Shown here piece after piece: positions 33,025 to 46,212 of a DNA stretch of 64,000 nucleotides. The notes under the pieces were generated by a model. The model saw only the letters and a list, made by a program, of their open reading frames with translations, was not told where the DNA came from and ran no database searches. The translations under genes and the position numbers were made by a program. The DNA is from Chrysomallon squamiferum (taxonomy: Eukaryota > Animalia > Mollusca), in NCBI GenBank assembly GCA_012295275.1, contig CM022671.1:5146001-5210000 (forward strand), in the 5' to 3' direction. Positions within the stretch are counted from its first letter, which is position 1; every line of letters begins with the position of its first letter.

Positions 33025-33435
33025 TTTAATATATATATAAACATCAAGAAAATAATATCTGTAATTTTAAAAAAATAATTTTAAAACTTTTTGCAGTGGT
33101 TAATGTGAAAAAGAAAAGGGGAAAAAAAAAACGGCTACAAGGTGTAATCGGTGTATAACACAGAATATTGCAGTTTTCATTAATCGATCAGTAACTTCAA
33201 AGTAAATATTTTTTCTTTTTTTTTTTTACTTTAGCTTTCTCCCTTGTAAAAAGAAGAAAGAATCTAATTATATAATAAAGTGTTTTCTAAACGGATTTTG
33301 TATTGCTTTGAAATACAAAACAACCTTCCATTTTTTGCCTTAATGGAAAGTCCTGAAGAGCACTTACTTATACGAAATGAAAGAATTCGTTCAATCGTTC
33401 AACATGAAATTAAATATCGATCACTTATTATGTAG

Positions 33436-33466
<31 letters not shown>

Positions 33467-34294
33467 ATTATATTGGGGGGGGGGGGAATCCTTAGAAATT
33501 ATATTAGAGAAAGAGAACAGAACTGTCAGAAAGAAAAAAAAAGAGAAGAAAATTATGAATTACAAAACAATCGAATGATTAAATTATTCGAAATGTGTCG
33601 TGTTTTCATTATTTTCCACATCTGTAAAAATCATAATCACCATAGACATCATTATCATCTTTAACATCATTACATTTTTTTGGTTTTCTTCTTAGTATTG
33701 TTGTTGTTATTTCAAAATGTCGCGTTGAAATATTTAAACACCTCCACATTCGTTTATTTATTTATTTATTTATTTATTTATATATTATACCTTATATAAG
33801 TTCTATCTAACACAGAAACTGTGAGTTAAATGTCAATATCGGTAAATTTCTCAAATCCCTATCGCAAGAAAAAAAATATTTAAAAAAAAAAAACAAAAAC
33901 GATCGATATTTCTGAAGTGTTTGATCTAAGGTCGTGTTTCCAATTTTATATCGATGATCTTATGATAGCTGAGCACAAAAAGCTTTTAGGCAAGATGAAG
34001 GTTAATCGTTGATGGTGTGTAACGTTGTCGTAGTTGTCTGAGGAAAATGTTTATCTTGAAGCTGTTTTTTCAGATAGCGCAGTTGTTGTCAGGTTGAGAC
34101 TAATGATGATGCGCAGTTCTTTAGCTGTGTTTGGAGACGACATTTTGATTCGTGACTTACTTTGTATAAAAGTGAGATCGCGATGGATAGCGGAACGGAA
34201 AAAAAACACAAAACAAAAAACAATGACGAGTAGATAGATAAACGTCTGTGGTTTATTTGTTTCTGTGTGTCTAAGGCCAGTTTTATAAGTTAAC

Positions 34295-34297
<3 letters not shown>

Positions 34298-34372
<75 letters not shown>
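34298..34372. repeat. (GA)n microsatellite
   Basis: Pure run. Similar (GA/CT)n runs lie at about 39699-39773, 41255-41312, 44355-44441, 49028-49120, 49471-49533, 51739-51823, 54845-54941, 58193-58287, 61071-61169 and 63307-63462. Confidence 0.95.
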
Positions 34373-34374
<2 letters not shown>

Positions 34375-35449
34375 AAATGTGTGTGAAAACATAAATAATT
34401 AACTAAAAACAGATGTTGTGTTGGAAAAATTTGGCTTCTTAAACTCAGATAAAATATGGGAATAATTATCGAACTTTTGAAAAATATGCGCAGGTTTCTC
34501 TTTGTCACTTTTCCAAGACCCAAGAGTTGTCTTTCCGTGAAGTGTTAATGTTGGATAATTAGATGTTGCAGCTTGGAAATTGCGTTCCTTGCACCTCCAG
34601 TTTTAATGTCAAAAAAAAAAAAAAAAAAAATTTATAAATAATATATTTTCATATTTAAAATACATAGTCTTATACTCATAAATTAACAGCGTAAAAGCTG
34701 GTAAATGGATTCGATTCCCAGACCTATCAATTTGAAATATACCCATAAATAAGGATTTGACTGATAATATCTTTATATCTGTAGATTTACATTTCCCAGT
34801 GAATTTAAGATAATAATTTGAACCTGTATGCGAACTCGAACCTAACAGTTTTAAACATTAAAAAATGTGAATTTTACATATAATGTCTTCATGCATATAG
34901 TCTTACATTCCCCATTTACCACTGTACAGAAAAAGCCTTTGGCAATATTTGATCAATACCCGCACCGGTCTTAACGGCAACTTACAAACGGTGTTATTTC
35001 AAAGTATGGGTCAATAATACACTACATCGGTCTTGAAAAATTGTTAAATTATTCTCAAATATAAAAATCAAAATCTTGTCGTGAACACTTTTCACAGGAT
35101 GGGTTTGAAAATCGATATCTGATTATGGTACAAAGTGAACGATGCGGCAGGTTTGCTTAAAGATATGTTTAAATTGGTCGTCTTTCAATACGATCGCAAT
35201 TTTTTCACTGACGTTAAATAACTATCTGTATAAATCTTGTTTCAGCTGGTGTCAGTTGCCTGTGTGTTGCTTTTTGTGAAATGTAAAATAAATCTAAACG
35301 TGTAACATTCATTCCAAGATATTTTTTTTTTTTTTTTTTTTTTTTTTCGTACCGTACCACTATACTTCAACGAAACTGAATAATTTCGAATTTTATCAGG
35401 TTCTTTTAAATATAAAATTTAAAACAGTTTTCTCTTTTGGGAAAATGTT

Positions 35450-35650
35450 ATTATAATACTAAATTATTCAGCATCATACTAAATGATTCAACATTATACT
35501 AAATTGCTCAAATTATTCAAATTATCAAAAATATATTCAACATCATATTAAATGATTCAACATTATACTGAAATATTCAACATCATAAATTATTCAACAT
35601 TATACTAAATTATTCGACTATATACTAAAATAATCAACATTATACGAAAT
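35450..35650. repeat. About 20-bp minisatellite (ATTATACTAAATTATTCAAC consensus)
   Basis: Roughly ten diverged tandem units. Confidence 0.8.
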
Positions 35651-35888
35651 CATGTTGATTTCTAATAACCTTCTTTTCTCATTTTTAATTTTATCACAAT
35701 CAGCATTCAAAATGTCAAAGGTTAGCACAAATCCTGGAATTTAATAGACTAGTTTTGAAAGTACTGTAACGACCGATTGCAAATTTCAAGTCTGTTGTTT
35801 ATAATATTATTATAAATTCATTTTACTAATCGTAATATCTCTGTTTTAGATTATGACGTCATCATCCCATAAATTTAAAAAAATAAAA

Positions 35889-35946
<58 letters not shown>

Positions 35947-35977
35947 AAGTTTAATGACTGGATCCCTTTTAAGTTTC

Positions 35978-36062
35978 GAATAGTCTCCCCTTAGTTTTTA
36001 GGATAGTTTCCCTTTAGCTTTTACGATAGTTTCCCTTTTAGCTTTAGGATAGTCTCCCTTTA
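35978..36062. repeat. About 22-bp minisatellite (GATAGTYTCCCTTTAGCTTTTA)
   Basis: Four diverged tandem units. Confidence 0.8.
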
Positions 36063-36423
36063 ATAACGTCCTTGAACGTCGCCAATATGCTTGGGATGGG
36101 GAGGGGGAAATTGACTGTATATAAGTACTTATTTGCGTGCGTGTTGCCATGTGTCTATGACCTTTCACAATAGGGAAAAAAAATTAATACCAAGTGACTG
36201 ACTCTGTTAATCTAATTCAAAGAAAATCTGTCAAATCTCTTTCGGCTTCCGTTCACTGTCACGAGAAGTTAGATCGTAACTGAAAGATTACTGGTCGTGA
36301 AATGCGACCCCCAGAGTTGAATGTCGAGCATCTGATAGAAATATTACATCTGTAATCTGCCAACTTCAATCGTTTCCTTTGCTAAAGTCAAGTGTATACG
36401 AAATTTTATTATTATTATTGTTA

Positions 36424-36492
<69 letters not shown>

Positions 36493-37302
36493 TATCGTTG
36501 TTGTTATTATTATCATCAAGGTTTTTGTTGTTGTTGAGAAATGCTGATAGATTGTTGTTATTTTGTATACTTAAAGATTTTTAAATTTGTTAAAATAACA
36601 ACAGTTTGCCAAAAATTGTATTTCTAATAATAAGAAGATTTTCCAACATTTGTTACAAACAACAACAACAACAACAACAACAGCAGTAATAATAATAATA
36701 ATAATAATAATAAGAAGAAGAAGCAAAGAAGAAGAAGAAGAAGAAGAAGAAGAAGAAGAAGAAGGAGAAGAAAAACAGCAATATTAAAATTTCAGAGTAA
36801 AAAGTTGAAACCAAGTAGCTGGCATTCCCCAAAAGGATTACAACGTATCTACAGATTCGAACCATTTTTCTGACGTCGCTTGTCTGTTTAAACCCGCATT
36901 AATCTGCCTGTAGACAGTTGCGTGTTTTATTAAGTGACGTGTGCAAACAAACGTGTACTCTTTCGTCCTGCAATCTATTTCAAACAACTTTCTCCTTCAT
37001 AATTCAGCAGTTATCAACTTTTTGTTGACTAACAGCTCTGTTAATCACGGTCAAGATCAAACATTCAGGAACCGTACGGGTTTCTTTTCAAGTAAATTAG
37101 GTAGCCGATGCCTCACAAACGCGACAGATTCAGACGAGCAGCCTGTTTTGTTTTCTTTTTGTTGTCATTTCACGTCCATTTGTGTCAAAATCGATAAATG
37201 ATCATTGCGAAGTAGAAAATAGTTTTTGTTTTTAATGGCTTCCTCGATTAATTGTCGTGTTTGAAAGTTGTTTTGATTATTTATCTCCCTTCCTCTACGT
37301 CC

Positions 37303-37363
<61 letters not shown>

Positions 37364-38612
37364 TGATGTCATCTAATACCTAGTGTTTTTTTCTCCTGAC
37401 ATTAATGATACAAAATCCAAGTTAATATTTCTAACAATCCTAGGGATTTGAACCTCATACTCTGAATAAGAGTCACTGCCCGGAGAGTCAGAGGCTAAAT
37501 CAAATATATTTGCTTTCCATGTCCGATATTAATAAAAGAAAACCCCTGCCAATCTTTAGAAACGAAATCAATATAATGTTCATTTTCATTTCAACAACAT
37601 CGGGAAATGCATTTTGTTACCAAAAAAAAAAAAAAAAAAAAAAGAAAAAAGCTTGTCCATTCGGGTCATATTTCATCATTTTAGACATGTGTATTAGAAT
37701 AATTAATTAACATGCTGTAATAAGTCCACGATTACATAATCTTCATTTTTTATTTTTTATTTTTATTAGTCATATTTTCTAATCGTGTTATTTTATTTAT
37801 CACAGATCCACATAAAACAGATTTCTATTAGTCATTACTGTATCACGTAATAAATTATTTAGACATGCTGTCAAACAGTGCACGGGTCTAAATCCTGAAA
37901 TATGACCCTAATGGTTGTCCGTACTGACAGCGACCTTCTAGCGCAAGAAATGGGGCACAAATCCTTCGGGCAATGCAAATTGCCAATTTATTGTTAATGG
38001 TGAATTTTCGTGAGTTGGGAATTATGTAAATACATTTTCTGGAGAAGATTTACGAGATAAACAATAAAAAAAATATTTAGTGGCCATATTTCAGGCATTT
38101 TGTGCTTTGAGCGTCGTTTTGCAGTCGGTAATCATTTGAGCCGTAAAAAAAAAAATGTTAGATAATTTATTTATTTAATGTTTAGTTAACTGATAGAGTT
38201 GTTTGTTATACAAGACCGTTAATTTGAGGTGTACAGTCAGTGAACGGCAGTTGTTAGTTCAGGTCAACTTTCGGGTTAGGATGTTAGAAGGTTAATTGAA
38301 GTATGAGGTTTATTTTTTTAAATCGTCATCATCGTATAATGATCATTTTCATCATCACCACTGTCAACAGCTAAGGTCACGTGATATCTAAATTAAAGAG
38401 AATGTAGTGTGTGTGGTTATTTTTGTGACATCTTGAATAAGGGAATTGATCAGACACGCCTTTCATGGGCAGAAACCAGTAGATCGAGAACAGTATCTTG
38501 AGCGATTAATTTCTGAAATCACTGTTAAAACAATAAAATAAAATAAAAATAAATCCAAATAACATAAAATAAAATAAAATAAAATAAATAAATAAATAAA
38601 TAAATAAATAAA

Positions 38613-38646
<34 letters not shown>

Positions 38647-39695
38647 AACTAACAAACAAACAAAAAAGAAAACAAAACAATCTATCATGAATACGGTTTA
38701 TCGCCATCATCATTATCAATAAAACCCTCTCATTATATCATTATCAGTTTAACAGTCTCAGGATCAGAATATCATCAGCATGTATTAATACCATCATATC
38801 ATAACAACAAATAGCAACATCATCATCATCGACAAATCATTACAATCAGAATCATCATTGCTACCATCATTATCATTTGCCATCAACACTATCCTAATAA
38901 CTGATTTGTTTTAATATATAAATTAAAAAAAAAAAAAAAAAAAAATAATAAAAATAACAAAAAATTGTTATTCAGTCACTGTTTACAAATTTATACTTAA
39001 TTATAAAATATTGATCAGCGGACACACAAACACAGACGTCCAGAAATTTGTAAATCCATATTGGTAATGCTTTGAGCAAATATACTCAAAGCTGTAACCT
39101 GCAACGTTCCCAGACACACACTCTACTCTTTTCAATCCTAGAGGCTACGCGAATCTCCAATATTCTTGGTTCAGTTATTTTCATTGCTGTTTAAACGCTC
39201 CGGGAAAGAGTTTTCAGTTCCTCAAGTGCTGCTATTACCAACCCTTTTTACATCATGCATTGGCCATCTGGTTCTGGCCCAGACTGTTAAAAAAGTAATA
39301 GAAAAATAGCATCTGGTGTATTTCATTAGCAGGAATTTTTATTTTTTTAATTTGGTGCCTGTACTAGATTAATTACGTTATTTCGTGACTTGACGTGCTT
39401 CAGTTGCATAATGCTGTTATAACTGTTTACTTTCATTGACGTTAATGAATACATGTACTGTAGAAGTAGGTTTATAAACATACACATATTGACACGTGAA
39501 AGATATTAAACTGTATTATTCTTCGAAAAAAAAAAGTGAAATAAATAAAAAAAAAAAAAAAAATAATAATAATAATGATGATAATAATAAAAATAATAAT
39601 TTAAAAACGAGAAAAAAAAAAGTCCTACGGTTTTTAACAAATTGTGTATTATTAATACGTGGCTCATAAAACTGTAATGAAACAATTCGAATTTT

Positions 39696-39778
<83 letters not shown>

Positions 39779-40859
39779 TTTGTGTTCGTCTGTCTTTTTG
39801 AAGAAAAATAAACCCTTCAGCTAAAATCCCTTTTTTATCTATTATTCTTCTTTTAGCAGTCTGATACAAGGTCAAATTAAAGTGAACTGCTTTGAGAAAA
39901 AGAAAACCTAAAATTTTATCTGCTTCGAGTAAAATCGCTCTAAATTGCAAATGGCGCCAGGCAGTTTTATGTGAGCACTATATCAAGTTGCACGGATATA
40001 ATTTTTTTTTTTTTTTTTCTTTTATCATGTATACTTTGTTTTACCTGGGGCATTTGCATTATGTACAGGTTAAATATAGCATCTTTAAGCTGGCGAAGGG
40101 GCCTGGAAAATACAGAACTGTCTTGATGAAATACGTGTTTATCTACAAGTGAGAAAACACGTTGTTTTCCTTGGATCACTTACTACGTTTTAGTGTAAGA
40201 AAACACGACTGTTGACGGAGTGTACTAATCAAGGTGTTTGAAATAGTAGTCAAAGAGCAATGGCCGGACCGGGAAATGTATAAAAAAAATTAATTTTGTT
40301 TTTTTAATGAACAAGTAGAAATAAGACGTGTGATACATTTTGGTATATACTGAATCATTTACAGTGGAGAGTATTTCTGTTATAAAAACAGTTTATTTGT
40401 AGAGATTTCGCTACACTATTTGGAAAACTTGTTTATTAAATATGGGGAATATTTACATAACTACCTACCTACATACATATAAAGGTCTGCGTGTGTGTAG
40501 ATGGTGTGTAATGGATGGGTGGTCGATAAATGAATGATAAATAAGTGGTAATTCAGTTACTTTCCACAGGACTTCCATCTGTTTTGATTAACGGCGTTTT
40601 ATTGTATACCTCCTCCCAGTTAAATGCTATTTATGTGTAATAAAGAAACTGGAAGAAAAAATTGACGGTTGTCCAATTTCTAAAAGTTTTTTTTCTGTTC
40701 GCTGTATATGGCATTAAAATATTAACTCAGATCTGCTGTTTCGAATTAATAAAAATCGTTGGAGTGTTTCAACAATCGTTCTAGAAAATTTGTCGTTTCA
40801 GATTCAGTGTCCGTGATGGATTCCGGTCCGCGACTCCCGATAGTCTCATTTCGGCGCTT

Positions 40860-40960
40860 AACAATCGTCTCGGGAATACGGCGCCAATTCAGAAAGAATT
40901 ATTCGTGGCAACGCCTCATTGGCTGATTTTAGAGATTGCGCAATGTGACGGAAGTGATGA
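40860..40960. promoter_or_regulatory. CpG-rich motif cluster (CCAAT, palindromic C/EBP, ETS)
   Basis: ATTGG 40918-40922, ATTGCGCAAT 40935-40944, CGGAAGTG 40949-40956. Confidence 0.5.
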
Positions 40961-41248
40961 GTTTTTAGCGTTGTTACTATGCGAAGATGAACTTGTTAGT
41001 TTCGTAGTCAGCAGCTTGTGAAATTTATTCCGTTTCGTGGGTTATCTGAGACAATGAAACTTTTAATATTCTAAACATAGTTTTGGAGAGGTTTTATCGA
41101 TTTTTATTTTTTTTTTTTTTTTTTTTTTTGAGATATAATGAGGATGGATTAAAGGATAAGGGGAAAATAAATAACTGCTGCACACACGAGATCAAATATG
41201 ATAAATAGAAAAGAGTAAACAGAAAAAAGACAAAGATAGTGTTATAGA

Positions 41249-41315
<67 letters not shown>

Positions 41316-42389
41316 TGATAAAAAAATCCATTATTCCTGTTATATTCTAACATCCAAGAAATACATCTTTCAAAAAGAGTTTAATTTTCTGCTTTTCTTT
41401 TTTTTCTATTTCTTTTTCTTGTGATGTTTTTTTACTTTTTCTTTCTCTTTTTTCTTTTTTTGCCTGAGATTTTTTAGTAACTGAGGAAGATAAAATCAGC
41501 AACGTTCTATCATCCACAAATAAACTTTTTGTTGGAGTAAAGAAGAAGAAAAAAAAAATCGTTTAACGGTAACACAAACAGTTTGGGAGAATGTATATAA
41601 ATAAATGGAGATAGCTGGAACAAGGCTAAAACTGTCACAAACACGTATTTTCATGCTGAACTACTTATTTTACAAAGTGTTTCGAAATATAGTTTTGGCC
41701 AAGCTTATTTTTTATTTTCTCCAGATTGTTAGGATTAGAGACAGTATACTCATTCTCTCTTTTTCTTTCTTTCTCTCTCTCTTTCTTTCTATCTCTTTAT
41801 TTCTCCTTCTCACATCTACATACACTACAGTGATCAACAACAACAACAACAACAACAATAAGAAAAAAAAAAGAAGAAGAAAAAACAACAACAACAACAA
41901 TAACAACACATATGATTAATCACAGTACTTTTACTGAGACCAGAAAATATATTTTCTATATATACCTAAGCACATCAATTTGTTTCATTGAAATTAATCT
42001 CTTTCACTCTACGATGATAATAATTAATATTACAGTCATGTAAATATCATCACCAAGGTAACCGTAATGGGATATATTTGAATATCATGGCATAAGAACA
42101 TAAACAGGTGATTTGCCTACCTGAATTGTTTGATGGACTATTGATAATTAATAAAAAGTGAACTTTAAAGGGTAAGTAAAGAGATTCATAAATATAAAAA
42201 AATCTATTATCGTTTCCTTTCGTAACTTTGACTGAAACATTCAACGGGATATTGATAAATAGCCTACATCACGAAAACATATTAATCAGCGATAATTACT
42301 AAAGCTGCGTTTATACTGTACGATTTGCCCTAACGAATGGCTGCGGATTATTCATTTATGTGTAAGTATTGACAATTCATCATCTTTTA

Positions 42390-43028
42390 TCAACTATAAC
42401 TGTTCCTACTATGCTATTACTACCAATATTACTTCTATTAGTACTACTACTAGTCAACATTACCGCTATATTGCTGCAAGAACTGTTTCTACACCATTGC
42501 CGTTACTACTACAACTACTGCAGATGCTATAACTCGTATTACTACCACTATTACTACCACAACAACAACAACTACTACTACTACTACTACTATTACTACA
42601 AGAACTACTACAATTACTATTTCCACAACTATCTTTCATCATTTCTACCTCTATTACTATTAGTGTTACTACTATAATTTCTAATAGATACTACTTTTAT
42701 AATCCATTCATCACTACTACATCTACTACTACCACAACCAGTAACACTATTACTACTACTACTACTACTACCCTACACCTGCTATTATTACCACTACTAT
42801 TACAACAATTACAACATTTACTATCGTTCTACTACTATTACAACTACACCTACTACTACCACTACTACTACTACTACTACCACAACCAATAACACTATTA
42901 TTACTACTACTACTACACCTACACCTGCTATTATTACCACTACTATTACAACAACTACTACATTTACTATCGTTCTACTACTATTACAACTACACCTACT
43001 ACTACCACTACTACTACTACTACTACTG

Positions 43029-43068
<40 letters not shown>

Positions 43069-43170
43069 CACTACTACTACTACTACTGCTACCACCACTA
43101 CAACCACTACTACTACTACTACTGCTACTGACATATTATACTACTACTGATGCTGCTACTTCTACTATAG
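42390..43170. repeat. Complex (ACT)n low-complexity tract with an internal duplication of about 145 bp
   Basis: The block ccacaacca.taacactatta...cctacacctgctattattaccac...catttactatcgttctactac occurs twice (about 42725-42870 and 42871-43020). Confidence 0.85.
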
Positions 43171-43559
43171 TATGTATTTGGATCAGTTATAATCAGTCAG
43201 TCCGTCTGTTACAAAACCACATTACTGTACAAAATCAGTTTTAAAGTCTAAGAAACTGCACAACGAGGCCATTAACAAACCGATGACGTGATACATTATT
43301 ACGCTTTATCTGCTTACACGAGACCAGGAAAATAAAAATACGTATCTGATATTATCACGTAAGATAACGGAGCCGATGACTATCCAACCGCTGCAAAGTT
43401 AATGAAATTTATTATACAGGGACTAAGAGATTACCGTTGTTTACCGCAAGAAAGCCGCTATAACGAAGCTGATATAACGTGGGATTGTTGATATATTGGT
43501 GTGGAAATATCTTGAAGTGATTAGGTAGTCACGTGATGTCAGTGTCATACGTTTGACAG

Positions 43560-43815
43560 ATGTAAGTATGTGGATATGTAAATGTGTGTATGTATCTGTA
43601 TGTATATATAAATGTATGTGTGTTTTTCTGTATGCATGTATGTATCTGTATGTATGTATAAATGTATGTTTGTGTATATATGCTTGTATATGTATGTATA
43701 TGTGTGTATTCGTATGTATGTATAAATGTATGTAAGTATGTATGTATGTCTATGTATGTACATGTGTGTATGTATCTGTATGTTATGTATAAATGTATAT
43801 GATGTATGTATGTAA
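43560..43815. repeat. Degenerate (TATG)n/(TG)n tract
   Basis: Seen directly; a similar degenerate (TG)n tract lies at about 59500-59915. Confidence 0.85.
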
Positions 43816-44069
43816 GCTTATCTTCCCAAAATCACGTTCACTTTTGTACAATTATCATCTTGAGAAAAGGTATTAATTTAGAAAATAACTGTATAATTTT
43901 TATTCCTTTCAGTACTCTCACGAAGTAAAGTCTGTATTAGTCTGTTTTCGAATGAGAATGGCAACACGAGAATAAATTCTGTTTAAAACGATTCCAATTT
44001 GTCTGAAACGTGAGTTGGAGTGTTGTTATTTCCAGCTGATGACATTGCACTGAGCCCCGGGGGACGTGC

Positions 44070-44081
44070 GGGAAAGTCCCC
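44070..44081 (-). promoter_or_regulatory. Canonical NF-kB site (GGGGACTTTCCC on the minus strand)
   Basis: GGGAAAGTCCCC on the plus strand contains the reverse complement of the classical kB element GGGACTTTCC. Confidence 0.5.
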
Positions 44082-44350
44082 GGATGTTCTCTTATTTCTT
44101 TAGCATCAGCTGTCGCCTTGGTAAAGGAAATCACTGTTCAGAACAAGAACAATTAATGGAAACGTACCGTTGTGTCTGATCAGTTATTACGTTTGAAAAG
44201 AAAATGGCAAAATATATTCTTTGGATATATTTTGCTTTTGTCCATGTTATTCTGATAGACATATATATATATATAACAAGACACAGAGAAAGAGTGACAG
44301 AGAGAGAGAGTGAAAAAGAGAGAGACAGACAGAGAAAGAAAAGACAGAAC

Positions 44351-44448
<98 letters not shown>

Positions 44449-44829
44449 TCTGAGAAACATACAGACAAATACACGGAGAGACAAATAATCAGACAGTTAG
44501 AGAGGCAAGCAGACAAAGACGTATAACTATCGGGCAAAATCTTCTGCAGTACGCTGCAGCAAAATAACTGTCAAAGCTTTGCTGAGAATGTCATCATTAA
44601 AGGTTTATTGCTGTAGATTACGATGTTCAGGTTGTGGCGTGACATATGTGTACAGACGTCTTCATGTCAAGTTAAAATGACTCATGTGTCTGACTAGATG
44701 CAGAATTGCAAAACTGATGAAGTGAAAATTTCCAAGGTTTCCAAATTTAACCATGTAAAACTTAGCAAGAGAAAATTTAATGGGTGGATATAGAGAGAAA
44801 AAAAAAACCGGGGAGAAATATATAGACAG

Positions 44830-44883
<54 letters not shown>

Positions 44884-45818
44884 CATCAACAATAGCATAT
44901 ATGATGAATCACACACATACAAACACACACACACACACACTATTATACACGTTTTTCTGTTATTTTCGATCTGTTTCAAATTCTGTTATCAAAAATATTT
45001 TCCCTGCTGAACATGTCATTGTTGAAGATTCATTTCTGTACATTACGATGTTCTGAATGTTGTTTTTGACCTTTGAAAGGTTGCATGTGACATCCTTTCA
45101 CGTGACATCTGTCTTAATTTTTGACAGATGTCTAAATGACACGTTGTAAATACTGACATCGCGACAAACAAAATGTAGATTTCTAAAACCTAAATGTTTT
45201 TGACCTGTCGTGAAGCAAAATCAGACTGCATCCGTTTTCGTCAGCCAAGGGCAAATAACTCGTTTTCTCTGGCGTTTTTTCTTTTAAATAACTAAATAAT
45301 GCTTGTCACTTGTCTGGCATCTATTATGACGGGGTTTTTTGGTGTTTTTATTTTATTATTGTTTTAAAGATAATATCTGGATGCCATTAAAAGAATTTTA
45401 AAGTAAGCTGTAATGGATTTATTTCACTGGAAAAATTAGTGAATCTGTCATTTCATTATTTTTCTCAAAGTGGGTTCAGCTGAAGGTGAGTGAATTAGTG
45501 CTTGCCTGAAGTTTGATGGTCGCTGCTTCAGTCCTCATTATAGCGTCCGCTACGTTATTTATCGTTCTAGGCACTGCTCCACGGCTAATTTATCAAAGAA
45601 CACTGTATGGGCGTAATTGTCTTTGAGAAGGTGCAATTAAAAGAATCCTTATTGCTAAATTATTAGAAAAGCCTTTGAAGTTGTAGCGGATGTTAGGTTG
45701 TTTGTTTGTTTGTTTGTTTTTTTTTTTTTTTTTTTTTTTACGTCATCGCTAATAATATTAAAGAAAATATTATCTGACAACTGAAGACCTAGAATAGAAT
45801 ATGTTACTTTTTTCTGTC

Positions 45819-45851
<33 letters not shown>

Positions 45852-46167
45852 CCATATCGCTTTAAAAGATTGTGAAGGAATCAGTCCCTTATGGTTGTGG
45901 ATGAAACTACCAGAATATTAACAGTTTAGGTTCAAGTATAATAGCATGTTTTCTGAGACAATGAAACCGTATGTAGAATATCTAAATAAAATAAAAATTG
46001 TATAAGTAGCAGTAGCAGAATATGTAGCTGCAATTATAATACTAATAACAGTAATATGAAAAGTAAAAGCAAAATATTGTAGGAATAGTAATAGTGGTTG
46101 TTGTTGTTGTTGCTGTTGATGATGATTTAGTGGTGGTATTAGTTATAAAAGAAGACATTGTAATGTA

Positions 46168-46212
<45 letters not shown>

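Noticed and set aside
35450-36062. Short tandem arrays as a possible CRISPR-like locus
   Set aside because: The units are contiguous and degenerate with no unique spacers, the context is eukaryotic and there are no cas genes.
42369-43170. Thr-rich mucin-like coding exon in the (ACT)n tract
   Set aside because: The poly-Thr register shifts repeatedly into poly-Leu and poly-Tyr frames, and there are no flanking exons.
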